From an uncultured Jutongia sp. (GTDB lineage: Bacteria; Bacillota; Clostridia; Lachnospirales; Lachnospiraceae): a stretch of 64,000 bases of DNA. Each line of letters starts with the position of its first letter. Position 1 is the first letter of the stretch. Position numbers and translations under genes: made by a program. The notes beneath the pieces are model-generated. The model did no database searches, had not been told where the DNA came from, and was given only the letters and a program-made list of their open reading frames with translations. The stretch spans positions 1,047 to 65,046 of the forward strand of contig CAZEFX010000001.1 in NCBI GenBank assembly GCA_964511525.1. Direction: 5' to 3'. Of the stretch, positions 18,962 through 27,778 are shown piece after piece.

Positions 18962-19143
18962 TACATCACCTCACGCAATATTCTTAACAAGAAGATTTTT
19001 ATTGATTATATCCCGATGGTGTGCTAATATTCTTCTTAACAAGAAGAATTTGCGAAAAAATAATATGAGAGGTTTATTGCATATTTGAAACGGTTAGGTA
19101 ATGAAAGAAAGCAAATATTTTCTTAAAGAAGAAGGAGGATAAT

Positions 19144-20298
19144 ATGATGGGAAGAAAAGAACGGATTATAGCAATACTGATGACATTTGCAATGACAGTT
19201 AGCTGCTTAGCACTACCAAATTCTGCTTATGCGGCAAAAAAGAAAAAGTTGAAGGTGACTTCATCAAAGACTGTTCAGGTTGGAAAAAGTATTAAGATTA
19301 AGACTAATGTAAAAGCGGAATTTAAATCTTCAAATAAAAAGATTGCAACGGTAAACCAAAAGGGAATTGTGAAAGGAAAAAGGGAAGGAAAAGTAAAAAT
19401 CACAGTTATTTCTAAAAAAGACAGGAAACAGAAAAAAATAGTAAAAATCACTGTGAAAAATCAGGCTGACCCGGGAAAGACAACCACAACTGCACCGTCA
19501 GCCACAAGTACTGTAGTATCAACTAAAACACCAAATGCTACAAACACACCGAGTATCTCCCAGACTCCGGCAAGGACAAATACACCGGTAGTGTCTCAAA
19601 CCCCAGTAGTTACCAAGACACCAGAAGTGACACAAACACCAGTGATAACCCAAACACCGGAAGTGACAAACACACCAGAGGTGACACCGACACCAAAGGT
19701 AACAAATTCACCGGAAGTAACCCCGACACCAGACGCATCCCAGAATCCGTCGGATAAGGTAGAGGTAGGGATAGAAGCAGAACCGATTTATCCGGGGAGA
19801 ACTATTGTGGATCTAGTGTCAAAATATTGTTTTATAGTGAATGTGAAATATAGCAATGGGACAAAGGAGGTTTTAAGTCCTGCTTATTATACTTGTGAAT
19901 ATACCGAAGAAAAATGCTTTTTTAAAATTCAGTATAAAGATTTCTCTACAACAGTATATTTGGATGCAACAATAACAATGGCGGAGGCTAAAAGTGTAGA
20001 ACCTATGCCGTTAGAATTGTTTGTAAAATATGATGAAGATTTGTATGTGTCTGAATTAGGAGAGATACCGGATAAAAGCAATTTTATAGTACAGGTAAGA
20101 TTTGAAGGTGAAGATGGATCATGGGAAGTGGTTGATTTGAATCCAGAAGATTATACGATATATTTGACAGACATTGAAGAAAATTTAGAAGATGGTAGAG
20201 AAGAATTGGTATTTGTATATACAAAATATTTTGTATATAATGAAAAAGAGTATTTCATTATTGACAGTTCGAGGAATAATTATTTTGATATAAAGTAA
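19144..20298 (+). CDS. Secreted Ig-like (Big_2) domain protein with a Thr/Pro linker
   Basis: Signal peptide; FKSSNKKIATVNQKGIVKG Big_2 motif; TPEVT repeats; acidic C-terminus. Confidence 0.8.
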   Translation: MMGRKERIIAILMTFAMTVSCLALPNSAYAAKKKKLKVTSSKTVQVGKSIKIKTNVKAEFKSSNKKIATVNQKGIVKGKREGKVKITVISKKDRKQKKIVKITVKNQADPGKTTTTAPSATSTVVSTKTPNATNTPSISQTPARTNTPVVSQTPVVTKTPEVTQTPVITQTPEVTNTPEVTPTPKVTNSPEVTPTPDASQNPSDKVEVGIEAEPIYPGRTIVDLVSKYCFIVNVKYSNGTKEVLSPAYYTCEYTEEKCFFKIQYKDFSTTVYLDATITMAEAKSVEPMPLELFVKYDEDLYVSELGEIPDKSNFIVQVRFEGEDGSWEVVDLNPEDYTIYLTDIEENLEDGREELVFVYTKYFVYNEKEYFIIDSSRNNYFDIK

Positions 20299-20493
20299 AG
20301 TTATTTTATAATTCCGTAGCCCCCCGCTCTTGGCGTTGCTCAGAACGAGAGTTTTTGAGTTTTTTTATTGGAAGAACACTTATTCTAGATACGGAATCAT
20401 GCTACAATGAGCTTACGGGAACATCGAAGCGAGGCAGTTCACCCTCTTACTGGAGGGCATTGCCCTCCGGACAAAAGAAAGGAGGGCGATAGG

Positions 20494-20586
20494 ATGGTTA
20501 CATACTCGGATTTATTCCAGTTTACTATCTTGATTGTTTCTCTGTTAGGTCTGTGTTATCAGATTTACAGGGATAAAAACAATTAG
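20494..20586 (+). CDS. Putative holin-like type I toxin MVTYSDLFQFTILIVSLLGLCYQIYRDKNN (30 aa)
   Basis: AAAGGAGG RBS; single TM helix with charged tail; anti-SD and 5'-3' mRNA pairing present. Confidence 0.8.
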   Translation: MVTYSDLFQFTILIVSLLGLCYQIYRDKNN

Positions 20587-20661
20587 CCGCCACATTCTGA
20601 CCAATGTGACGGCTAAATCTTTTTAGCTATATCATCAGGGTGAACCGCTTCGGGTTCCCTT
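20575..20661 (-). ncRNA. Putative antisense antitoxin RNA (ends approximate)
   Basis: Minus-strand promoter TTGCGA-17-TATAAA (20696-20668); hairpin 20584-20615 followed by a U tract on the minus strand. Confidence 0.6.
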
Positions 20662-20913
20662 TTCTTATTTATACCACACTATTTCTTTCTTCGCAAGTCG
20701 CATTTTTCTTCCGATTGTTTCAATTTTATTATGTTTCCTTTGGGCATCCCAAACTATCCTAGTATTTGTGAAAAATACACAAAACTCTTGAACAAATAGA
20801 CGTTTTTTAGTAAAATTTAGATAATGTTTAAGGGAGGTCGGAAAGACATAATTAAATAATTGGTTTAACTTGTAACTGTTCACATCATCTGATTTGTTTA
20901 GGAGGATTTGCCT

Positions 20914-23004
20914 ATGAATATTTACACAACTGACAAGATTAGAAATGTAGTGTTACTTGGACATGGTGGTGCCGGAAAGACTAGTCTGGTGGAGTCAATG
21001 GCTTATGTGGCGGGACTTACTAACCGCATGGGAAAGATTGATGATGGCAATACCATTAGCGATTTTGGAAAGGAAGAGCAGCTTCGTAAGATTTCTATTA
21101 GCACCTCGGTGGTTTCTTTAGAATGGGAAGGAATCAAACTTAATATTCTGGATACTCCGGGATATTTTGACTTTATTGGTGAAGTGGAAGAGGCGATTAG
21201 CGCAGCAGATGCAGCGATAATTGTTGTTTCTGGAAAGACGGGAGTAGAAGCAGGCACAGAGAGGGCCTGGGAGCTTTGCGAGAAATATAAGATTCCAAGA
21301 ATGATTTATGTTACGGGAATGGACGCAGATAATGCTTCTTTTAAGAGCGTTGTGGAAACACTGACAGAGATGTATGGCAAGAAGATTGCACCATTCCATT
21401 TTCCAATTCGTGAGAATGAAAAGTTTGTAGGATATGTGAATGTAGTTAGTGAAAATGCTGTCCGTTGGAAAGGACAGGAGGTAGAGGATTGCCAGATTCC
21501 TGAATATAGTCAGGAAAATTTATCGGTATATAAAGAATTTTTAATGGAGGCAGTGGCAGAAACCAGTGAAGAATTTATGGATCGTTATTTTAGTGGCGAA
21601 ACATTTTCCGAAAATGAGATTCGTGCGGCGCTTCGTAAAAATGTAATGGAAGGTTCTCTGGTGCCGATTACTATGGGTTCCAATACCCTGTCACAAGGTA
21701 CTTATGCATTAATGGATGATATTTTAAAATATCTGCCAAGTCCGGAGAATAAAGAGATTGCTGGATTTAATATGAAGACCAATGAAGTCTTTGAAGCAAA
21801 TTATGATTTTGCAAAACCAAAGTCAGCTTATGTATTTAAAACAATGGTAAATCCATTTATTGGAAAATATTCCTTTATCAAGGTTTGCTCCGGTGTATTT
21901 AAGTCAGATGATTTAATTTATAATAAGGATAAAGATATTGAAGAAAAGGTAAATAAGCTTTATGTTATGCAGGGTGGTAAGCCAATTGAAGTGAAGGAGC
22001 TTCATGCCGGTGATATTGGTGCTATTGCCAAATTAACCGCAGCAAGAACCGGAAATACCTTATCTACCAAGGCAAATGTAATTGAGTATGGAAAATTTGA
22101 GATTTCTAAACCATACACAGCTATGCGTTACAAGGTGCCAAATAAGGGGGATATTGATAAGGTTGCGCAGGCATTACAAAAGCTTACCCATGAAGACCAG
22201 ACCCTAAAGGTGGTAAATGATTCTGAAAATCATCAAACCTTACTTTATGGAATCGGTGAGCAGCAGTTGGAAATCATTCAGAGCCGTTTGCAGCATGAAT
22301 ACAAGTGTGAAATTTCCCTGAGTAAGCCAAAGATTGCTTTCCGGGAAACCATTAAGAAGAGTTCGGATGTGGAATATAAGTATAAAAAGCAGTCCGGAGG
22401 TCATGGTCAGTATGGTCATGTTAAGATGAAGTTTGAGCCATCCGGAGATATGGATACTCCGTATGTATTTGAACAGATCGTAGTGGGTGGTGCAGTTCCA
22501 AAGAACTTCTTCCCGGCGGTGGAAAAAGGCTTGCAGGAATCCGTAGCCAAGGGACCATTTGCCGCATATCCGGTAGTTGGTATTAAGGGAATCCTCTACG
22601 ATGGTTCTTACCATACCGTAGATTCTTCAGAAATGGCATTTAAGAAAGCTACCATTCAGGCATTTAAAAAGGGAATTATGGAAGCCTCTCCAATTCTTTT
22701 AGAGCCGGTAATGACTTTAAGAGTAACCGTGCCAGAGGAATATATTGGTGATGTGATGGGTGATTTGAATAAACGTCGTGGTCGTGTGAATGGAATGAAT
22801 CCAACCACCGATGGCAAGCAGCTTATCGAAGCAGATGTGCCGATGATGGAACTGACAGGCTACTGCACGAAGCTTCGCTCCATTACAGGCGGTCGTGGAG
22901 ATTATGAATACGAATTTGCAAGATATGAGCAGACTCCGACAGAGATTCAGGAGGCAGAAGTGGCAGCAAGAGCCAATAAGGTAGCAGAGGATAATGAGGA
23001 ATAA
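20914..23004 (+). CDS. Elongation factor G-like protein (EF-G2-type paralog)
   Basis: GHGGAGKT, DTPG, KKQSGGHGQYGH and DGSYH.VDSS motifs; stand-alone rather than in the str operon; G4 reads TGMD. Confidence 0.9.
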   Translation: MNIYTTDKIRNVVLLGHGGAGKTSLVESMAYVAGLTNRMGKIDDGNTISDFGKEEQLRKISISTSVVSLEWEGIKLNILDTPGYFDFIGEVEEAISAADAAIIVVSGKTGVEAGTERAWELCEKYKIPRMIYVTGMDADNASFKSVVETLTEMYGKKIAPFHFPIRENEKFVGYVNVVSENAVRWKGQEVEDCQIPEYSQENLSVYKEFLMEAVAETSEEFMDRYFSGETFSENEIRAALRKNVMEGSLVPITMGSNTLSQGTYALMDDILKYLPSPENKEIAGFNMKTNEVFEANYDFAKPKSAYVFKTMVNPFIGKYSFIKVCSGVFKSDDLIYNKDKDIEEKVNKLYVMQGGKPIEVKELHAGDIGAIAKLTAARTGNTLSTKANVIEYGKFEISKPYTAMRYKVPNKGDIDKVAQALQKLTHEDQTLKVVNDSENHQTLLYGIGEQQLEIIQSRLQHEYKCEISLSKPKIAFRETIKKSSDVEYKYKKQSGGHGQYGHVKMKFEPSGDMDTPYVFEQIVVGGAVPKNFFPAVEKGLQESVAKGPFAAYPVVGIKGILYDGSYHTVDSSEMAFKKATIQAFKKGIMEASPILLEPVMTLRVTVPEEYIGDVMGDLNKRRGRVNGMNPTTDGKQLIEADVPMMELTGYCTKLRSITGGRGDYEYEFARYEQTPTEIQEAEVAARANKVAEDNEE

Positions 23005-23057
23005 AATAGTTGATATTTTTTGAATTAATTTGATATGATTCAATTTGTCGCGTAGCC

Positions 23058-23097
23058 AAAAGGCGTAAGTCCAGATATTTGGACATACGCCTTTTTT
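23058..23097 (+). terminator. Intrinsic terminator
   Basis: AAAAGGCGTA.GTCCA/TGGAC.TACGCCTTTTTT. Confidence 0.7.
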
Positions 23098-23311
23098 CTG
23101 TGCATACAACCTTCTCGGATACAATATATACAAACTCCTGTAATGTCAATTATAGGAAGTTTTATAAAACGGTTGAATAAAGACGGATAATTTAATAAGA
23201 TATAGCCATGTTAGTAAGCTATGATGAAAAGGGAAATATTATATAAAAATAAGAGAGTGCGTATAGGATTAACAGGAATAAAGATTAAAAAGATAGATAG
23301 GAGAGACAAAA

Positions 23312-23851
23312 ATGGCACAGGTATATTTTACAAGACATGGACAAACTGTTTGGAATGTGGAGAATAAAATCTGCGGAGCCACAGATATTGAATTGACGGA
23401 ATTTGGACACCAGCAGGCAACCCAGCTTGGAGAAGAAATTTTGCGGCAGGGGATTCAGATTGACGAGATATTATATTCACCGTTAATCCGAGCCGCAGAA
23501 ACAGCAAGACATATTTCAGAAATTACAGGGATTCCTATGAGAGAGGAACCAAGACTCAAGGAGCAAAACTTTGGTAGATATGAATCCACTCCAAGAAACG
23601 GAGAAGAATTTGCTGAAATGAAAAAGCATTTTATTAACCATTATGAGGGCGGAGAAACTATGTTGCATCTGGCGCAGCGGATTTATAATCTGCTGGATGA
23701 CATTAAGGCAGAGGCAGAAGAGAAAACCTATCTTTTGGTGGCTCATAATGGAATTTCCAGAGTGGTACATTCTTATTTTTATGATATGGAAAATGAAGAG
23801 TATGCTCGGTTTGGTATTGGAAATTGTGAGATTCGCAAGTACGAATTTTAG
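23312..23851 (+). CDS. Histidine phosphatase family protein
   Basis: RHGQT, SPL.RA.ETA and VAHNG motifs. Confidence 0.9.
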   Translation: MAQVYFTRHGQTVWNVENKICGATDIELTEFGHQQATQLGEEILRQGIQIDEILYSPLIRAAETARHISEITGIPMREEPRLKEQNFGRYESTPRNGEEFAEMKKHFINHYEGGETMLHLAQRIYNLLDDIKAEAEEKTYLLVAHNGISRVVHSYFYDMENEEYARFGIGNCEIRKYEF

Positions 23852-23903
23852 GCAATCACCAAGCGATGATTTCAGAATATAATACAGGGAGGAAGTGTCA
23901 GGA

Positions 23904-24773
23904 ATGAGTGAGATTATGTTTGCATTTTTGCTTACTCTGTTCGCAGGGTTAAGTACAGGAATAGGCAGTGTGATTGCATTTTTTGCAAAGAAAACCAATA
24001 AGAAATTCTTATCCGTAAGCTTAGGATTTTCGGCAGGAGTTATGATTTATGTGTCCTTTGTTGAAATATTTCAGGAAGCAAATCATTCCTTAGGTCAGGT
24101 TTTAGGAGCAAAGCAAGGGGCTTGGAGTACGGTTCTTGCTTTCTTTGGCGGAATTTTATTGATTGCTTTGATTGATAAATTAATTCCAGAGAATGAAAAT
24201 CCCCACGAAGCAAAAAAAGTACTGGCGGATAATAGGAATACACAGGAAATCCACAATAAACATGCAGTTAGTGAAAAATTCCAAGAAAGTGAAGAAAAAC
24301 AGCAAGAAGTCCAGACCTCGAAAAAGCTATTGAGAACCGGAAGCTTTACCGCATTGGCTATCGCTGTTCATAATTTTCCCGAAGGATTGGCAACCTTTGT
24401 TTCAGCATTACAGGATCCGGAAGTGGCAATTCCTATTGTAATCGCCATTGCCATTCATAATATTCCCGAAGGAATTGCGGTGTCAGTGCCAATCTATCAG
24501 GCTACCGGTTCCCGGAAAAAAGCTTTTATGTATTCTTTTTTATCAGGACTGGCGGAGCCTGTTGGAGCATTAACGGGCTGGCTGGTATTGATGCCAATTA
24601 TGAATGATGTTATGTTTGGTGTAATCTTTGCTGCTGTTGCAGGAATCATGGTGTTCATATCTGTAGACGAACTCCTGCCAGCCGCCAGAGAATACGGAGA
24701 ACATCACCTGTCAATTTATGGAATGATAGCAGGCATGGCAATCATGTCGGTGAGCTTGTTACTATTTATGTGA
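23904..24773 (+). CDS. zupT: ZIP family zinc transporter ZupT
   Basis: HNFPEG and HNIPEG motifs; multi-TM. Confidence 0.9.
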   Translation: MSEIMFAFLLTLFAGLSTGIGSVIAFFAKKTNKKFLSVSLGFSAGVMIYVSFVEIFQEANHSLGQVLGAKQGAWSTVLAFFGGILLIALIDKLIPENENPHEAKKVLADNRNTQEIHNKHAVSEKFQESEEKQQEVQTSKKLLRTGSFTALAIAVHNFPEGLATFVSALQDPEVAIPIVIAIAIHNIPEGIAVSVPIYQATGSRKKAFMYSFLSGLAEPVGALTGWLVLMPIMNDVMFGVIFAAVAGIMVFISVDELLPAAREYGEHHLSIYGMIAGMAIMSVSLLLFM

Positions 24774-24837
24774 TGTGTTCAAACTTTAACATATAAAATA
24801 TGATTAGCTTCCGTAAATATCCAATGACAGGATAGCC

Positions 24838-25016
24838 AGTACGCAGCAGAACAAGGTCATATTTTTTCTGATTGAGTGGCGTTTGAACTCGCCGGTGCTT
24901 GAAGGATAGTAAGCGTATTACGCGAAACTATCCTTCTATGCATCCGCTGCGTAGTTCATTTCGAGCCGCAAGGCGTCCACGAAATAGAAACAGATATGAC
25001 CTTGTTCTGCGTCACT
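24838..25016 (-). repeat. Rod-shaped intergenic repeat, copy C
   Basis: Terminal IR GCAGAACAAGGTCATAT/ATATGACCTTGTTCTGC; reverse complement of copy A. Confidence 0.8.
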
Positions 25017-25035
25017 AATATAAAGTCTAAATGTT

Positions 25036-25926
25036 TCAATTTTGAAATTCATTTGCCATAACATAGTTAATAAAGGCTTCAAAAGGTTTGGAAATCCATT
25101 TGTTGCGATGATAAATCAACTGTTTCCAGATTTCAATTTCAAAATCAACTACATCCAAATAAGCCAGGGTTCCTTCTGCAACTTTCTTTTCTGTAACGAA
25201 ATCTGGCAGGAAGGAAATACCTACACCATTTTCCAGAGAAGTGGTAATTAAGTCAGTTCGTCCAATTTCAAGGACTGGCTGGATTTCCAAAGACATTTTT
25301 GCAAGGGCTTCGTCAAATACACGGCGATAGCCTAATTTTTTTTCGGTAAGAATAAATGGTTCATGAACGATATTCTTAATAGATAAATCTTTCCTTCCCG
25401 CCAGAGGGGACTGTGCACTGGTAACAAAGTGGGTAGTAATCTGTTCTTCCTTGGCAATTACATAATCCTTCTGATAGACATGACTGTCCAGAGTGAAGAT
25501 AACATCCGCTTCATTATGATCCAGAATTCGGAACATATCATCTGTATCGGCAGTAGAAAATTTCAAGTTGATATTTGGGTAATGCTGGTAAAAATCAGGA
25601 TAATTGGTACTCATCATCATTTCGCAGATAGAATCCGGTGTAACAATATGAATATGGCCGGATAATTCCTGAGAGTTTTTCAGGTTTTGTTTAAATTCTT
25701 CTGTCAGATGGCTGATTTGCTGAGCATAGGTCAGAAGCTCCCGCCCTTTTTCTGTCAGACTAATGGTATGATTGATTCGCTCAAAAAGTAAGCAGTCCAA
25801 TTCCTCTTCTAACTGTTTAATCTGAAAAGAAACGGTAGACTGGGAGTACCCCAGAACTTTAGCTGCTTTAGTAAAATTATTTAATTCTGCTACATGAACA
25901 AAGGTAATTAAGTTTCTGATTTCCAT
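25036..25926 (-). CDS. LysR family regulator divergent from the beta-eliminating lyase
   Basis: NFTKAAKVLGYSQSTVS HTH. Confidence 0.9.
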   Translation of the reverse strand: MEIRNLITFVHVAELNNFTKAAKVLGYSQSTVSFQIKQLEEELDCLLFERINHTISLTEKGRELLTYAQQISHLTEEFKQNLKNSQELSGHIHIVTPDSICEMMMSTNYPDFYQHYPNINLKFSTADTDDMFRILDHNEADVIFTLDSHVYQKDYVIAKEEQITTHFVTSAQSPLAGRKDLSIKNIVHEPFILTEKKLGYRRVFDEALAKMSLEIQPVLEIGRTDLITTSLENGVGISFLPDFVTEKKVAEGTLAYLDVVDFEIEIWKQLIYHRNKWISKPFEAFINYVMANEFQN

Positions 25927-26046
25927 ATCGTCACCTCTTTAATCGAAAATATTGATTGCTCCTATCTAAACCATCAATTTTATTAATTGTAGTTGATATT
26001 ATATACTATTAAGCAGAAAATAACAATTTTTGGGGAGGACTATATA

Positions 26047-27495
26047 ATGCCAGAGATAAAATTTTATAGTGGGAAGACAGTTCCTATGGAGATGCACAAG
26101 GTAAAAATCGTACAGAAACTGAATTTATTGCCAGCGAAAGAAAGATTGGAAAAAATGAAAGAGGCTGGTTTCAATACATTCATGTTGCATAATGGGGATA
26201 TTTTCATGGATATGCTGACAGACTCCGGTGTAAACGCTATGAGTGATAACATGCAGTCTGCTATGCTTCGTGCCGATGATGCCTATGCAGGAAGTGAAAC
26301 CTTCTATCGTATGAGAGATAAATTAGAAGAAATTTTTGGTATTCCAAATTTATTACCAGCTCATCAGGGACGTGCTTGTGAACATATTATTGCACAGCAT
26401 TTTGTAAAACCGGGAAGCTGCGTTATTATGAATTATCACTTTACAACTTCCAAGGCACATGTAACCCGTCTGGGTGGTCGTGTGGAAGAGCTGGTTAAGG
26501 ATGAAGGTCTGGTGACTAAGAGCACACTTCCATTTAAGGGAAATATTGATTTAGAGAAGGTAAAAGCCTGCATTGAAAAGGAAGGAGCGGAAAATATCGC
26601 TTACTTAAGACTGGAGGCAGGTACCAATCTCATTGGTGGACAGCCAATTTCCTATGAGAACATGAAAGAAGCTACTGATTTGGCAAAGAAGTATGGTATT
26701 ATGACACTTTTAGATGCTTCATTACTTCAGGATAACTTATATTTTATTAAGACAAGAGAAGAATCCATGAAGGACAAGTCTATCCGTGAAATTACCAGAA
26801 TGATTGCTGATTTGTTTGATATGATTTATTTCTCAGGACGTAAATTTGGATTTGGCCGTGGTGGCGGAATCTTGGTTCGTGATGAAAAATTGTTCCATGA
26901 TATGGAAGACTATATCACCATGTTTGAAGGCTTTTTGACCTATGGTGGTATGTCTGTAAAAGAGATGGAAGCCATGATTATTGGCTTTGATGAAACTATG
27001 GATTTTGATGTAATTTCTCAGGCTCCACAGTTTATTAAGCATTGTGTAGATGAATTGGATGCTCATGGCATTCCAATGGTGACACCAGGGGGTGGCTTGG
27101 GTGCTCATATTGATGCAAGAGAAGTGGTTAGTCATATTCCGGCAGAGCAGTATCCAGCTGGTTCCTTAGTTGCTGCGTTATATCTTTGTGGTGGTATCCG
27201 TGGTATGGAAAGAGGTACTTTATCAGAGGAACGTAATGCAGATGGAAGTGAGCATATTGCTTCTGTTGAAATGGTTCGCCTTGCATTCCCTCGTCGTGTA
27301 TTTACACTGTCTCAGACAGAGTATGTTATTGACAGAGTAAAATGGTTGTATGATCATAGAGAATTAATTGGGGGTCTTCGTTTCGTACATGAGCCAAAGA
27401 CTCTTCGTTTCTTCACGGGTAGATTAGAGCCGGTATCTGATTGGCCGGAGAAATTATTAGAAGCATATATTGCGGAATTCGGTGAAGACCAGTAA
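26047..27495 (+). CDS. Tryptophanase/tyrosine phenol-lyase family PLP beta-eliminating lyase
   Basis: DMLTDSG, DDAYAGS, HQGRA, YGGM, RLAFPRR and LRFF motifs; GGAGG RBS before ATG 26047. Confidence 0.88.
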   Translation: MPEIKFYSGKTVPMEMHKVKIVQKLNLLPAKERLEKMKEAGFNTFMLHNGDIFMDMLTDSGVNAMSDNMQSAMLRADDAYAGSETFYRMRDKLEEIFGIPNLLPAHQGRACEHIIAQHFVKPGSCVIMNYHFTTSKAHVTRLGGRVEELVKDEGLVTKSTLPFKGNIDLEKVKACIEKEGAENIAYLRLEAGTNLIGGQPISYENMKEATDLAKKYGIMTLLDASLLQDNLYFIKTREESMKDKSIREITRMIADLFDMIYFSGRKFGFGRGGGILVRDEKLFHDMEDYITMFEGFLTYGGMSVKEMEAMIIGFDETMDFDVISQAPQFIKHCVDELDAHGIPMVTPGGGLGAHIDAREVVSHIPAEQYPAGSLVAALYLCGGIRGMERGTLSEERNADGSEHIASVEMVRLAFPRRVFTLSQTEYVIDRVKWLYDHRELIGGLRFVHEPKTLRFFTGRLEPVSDWPEKLLEAYIAEFGEDQ

Positions 27496-27517
27496 GGTTT
27501 ATAAAATGAATTGTTAA

Positions 27518-27695
27518 AGTGACGACAAAAATGTCATCGGTATTTCTTCTTCGTGGACGCCTTTCAGCTCGGGATGAACTACGCAGCGGTGCATAAAAGG
27601 ATAGCCTCGCGTCATAACGCTTGCTATCCTTCAAGCACCGGCGAGTTCAAACGCCACTCAGGAAGAAAAACGATGACATTTTTTGTTTATGCATT
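27518..27695 (+). repeat. Rod-shaped intergenic repeat, copy D
   Basis: Terminal IR AAAAATGTCATCG/CGATGACATTTTT; core shared with copies A and C. Confidence 0.8.
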
Positions 27696-27778
27696 GAAAT
27701 AATATTTTTTGTAAATGTTGATTAGCAATCTCGACGAAAAGACGATTTCATTTCGATGTTCAGCGTTACTTATAACTG

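Noticed and set aside
19480-19745. Short tandem repeats resembling a CRISPR or VNTR array
   Set aside because: They encode a Thr/Pro linker (TPEVT); there are no unique spacers and no cas genes.
26047-27495. Lyase substituting for the missing TrpB by reverse tryptophanase activity
   Set aside because: Its specificity residues are TPL-like and it has separate LysR control; an unlinked TrpB2 is more parsimonious.
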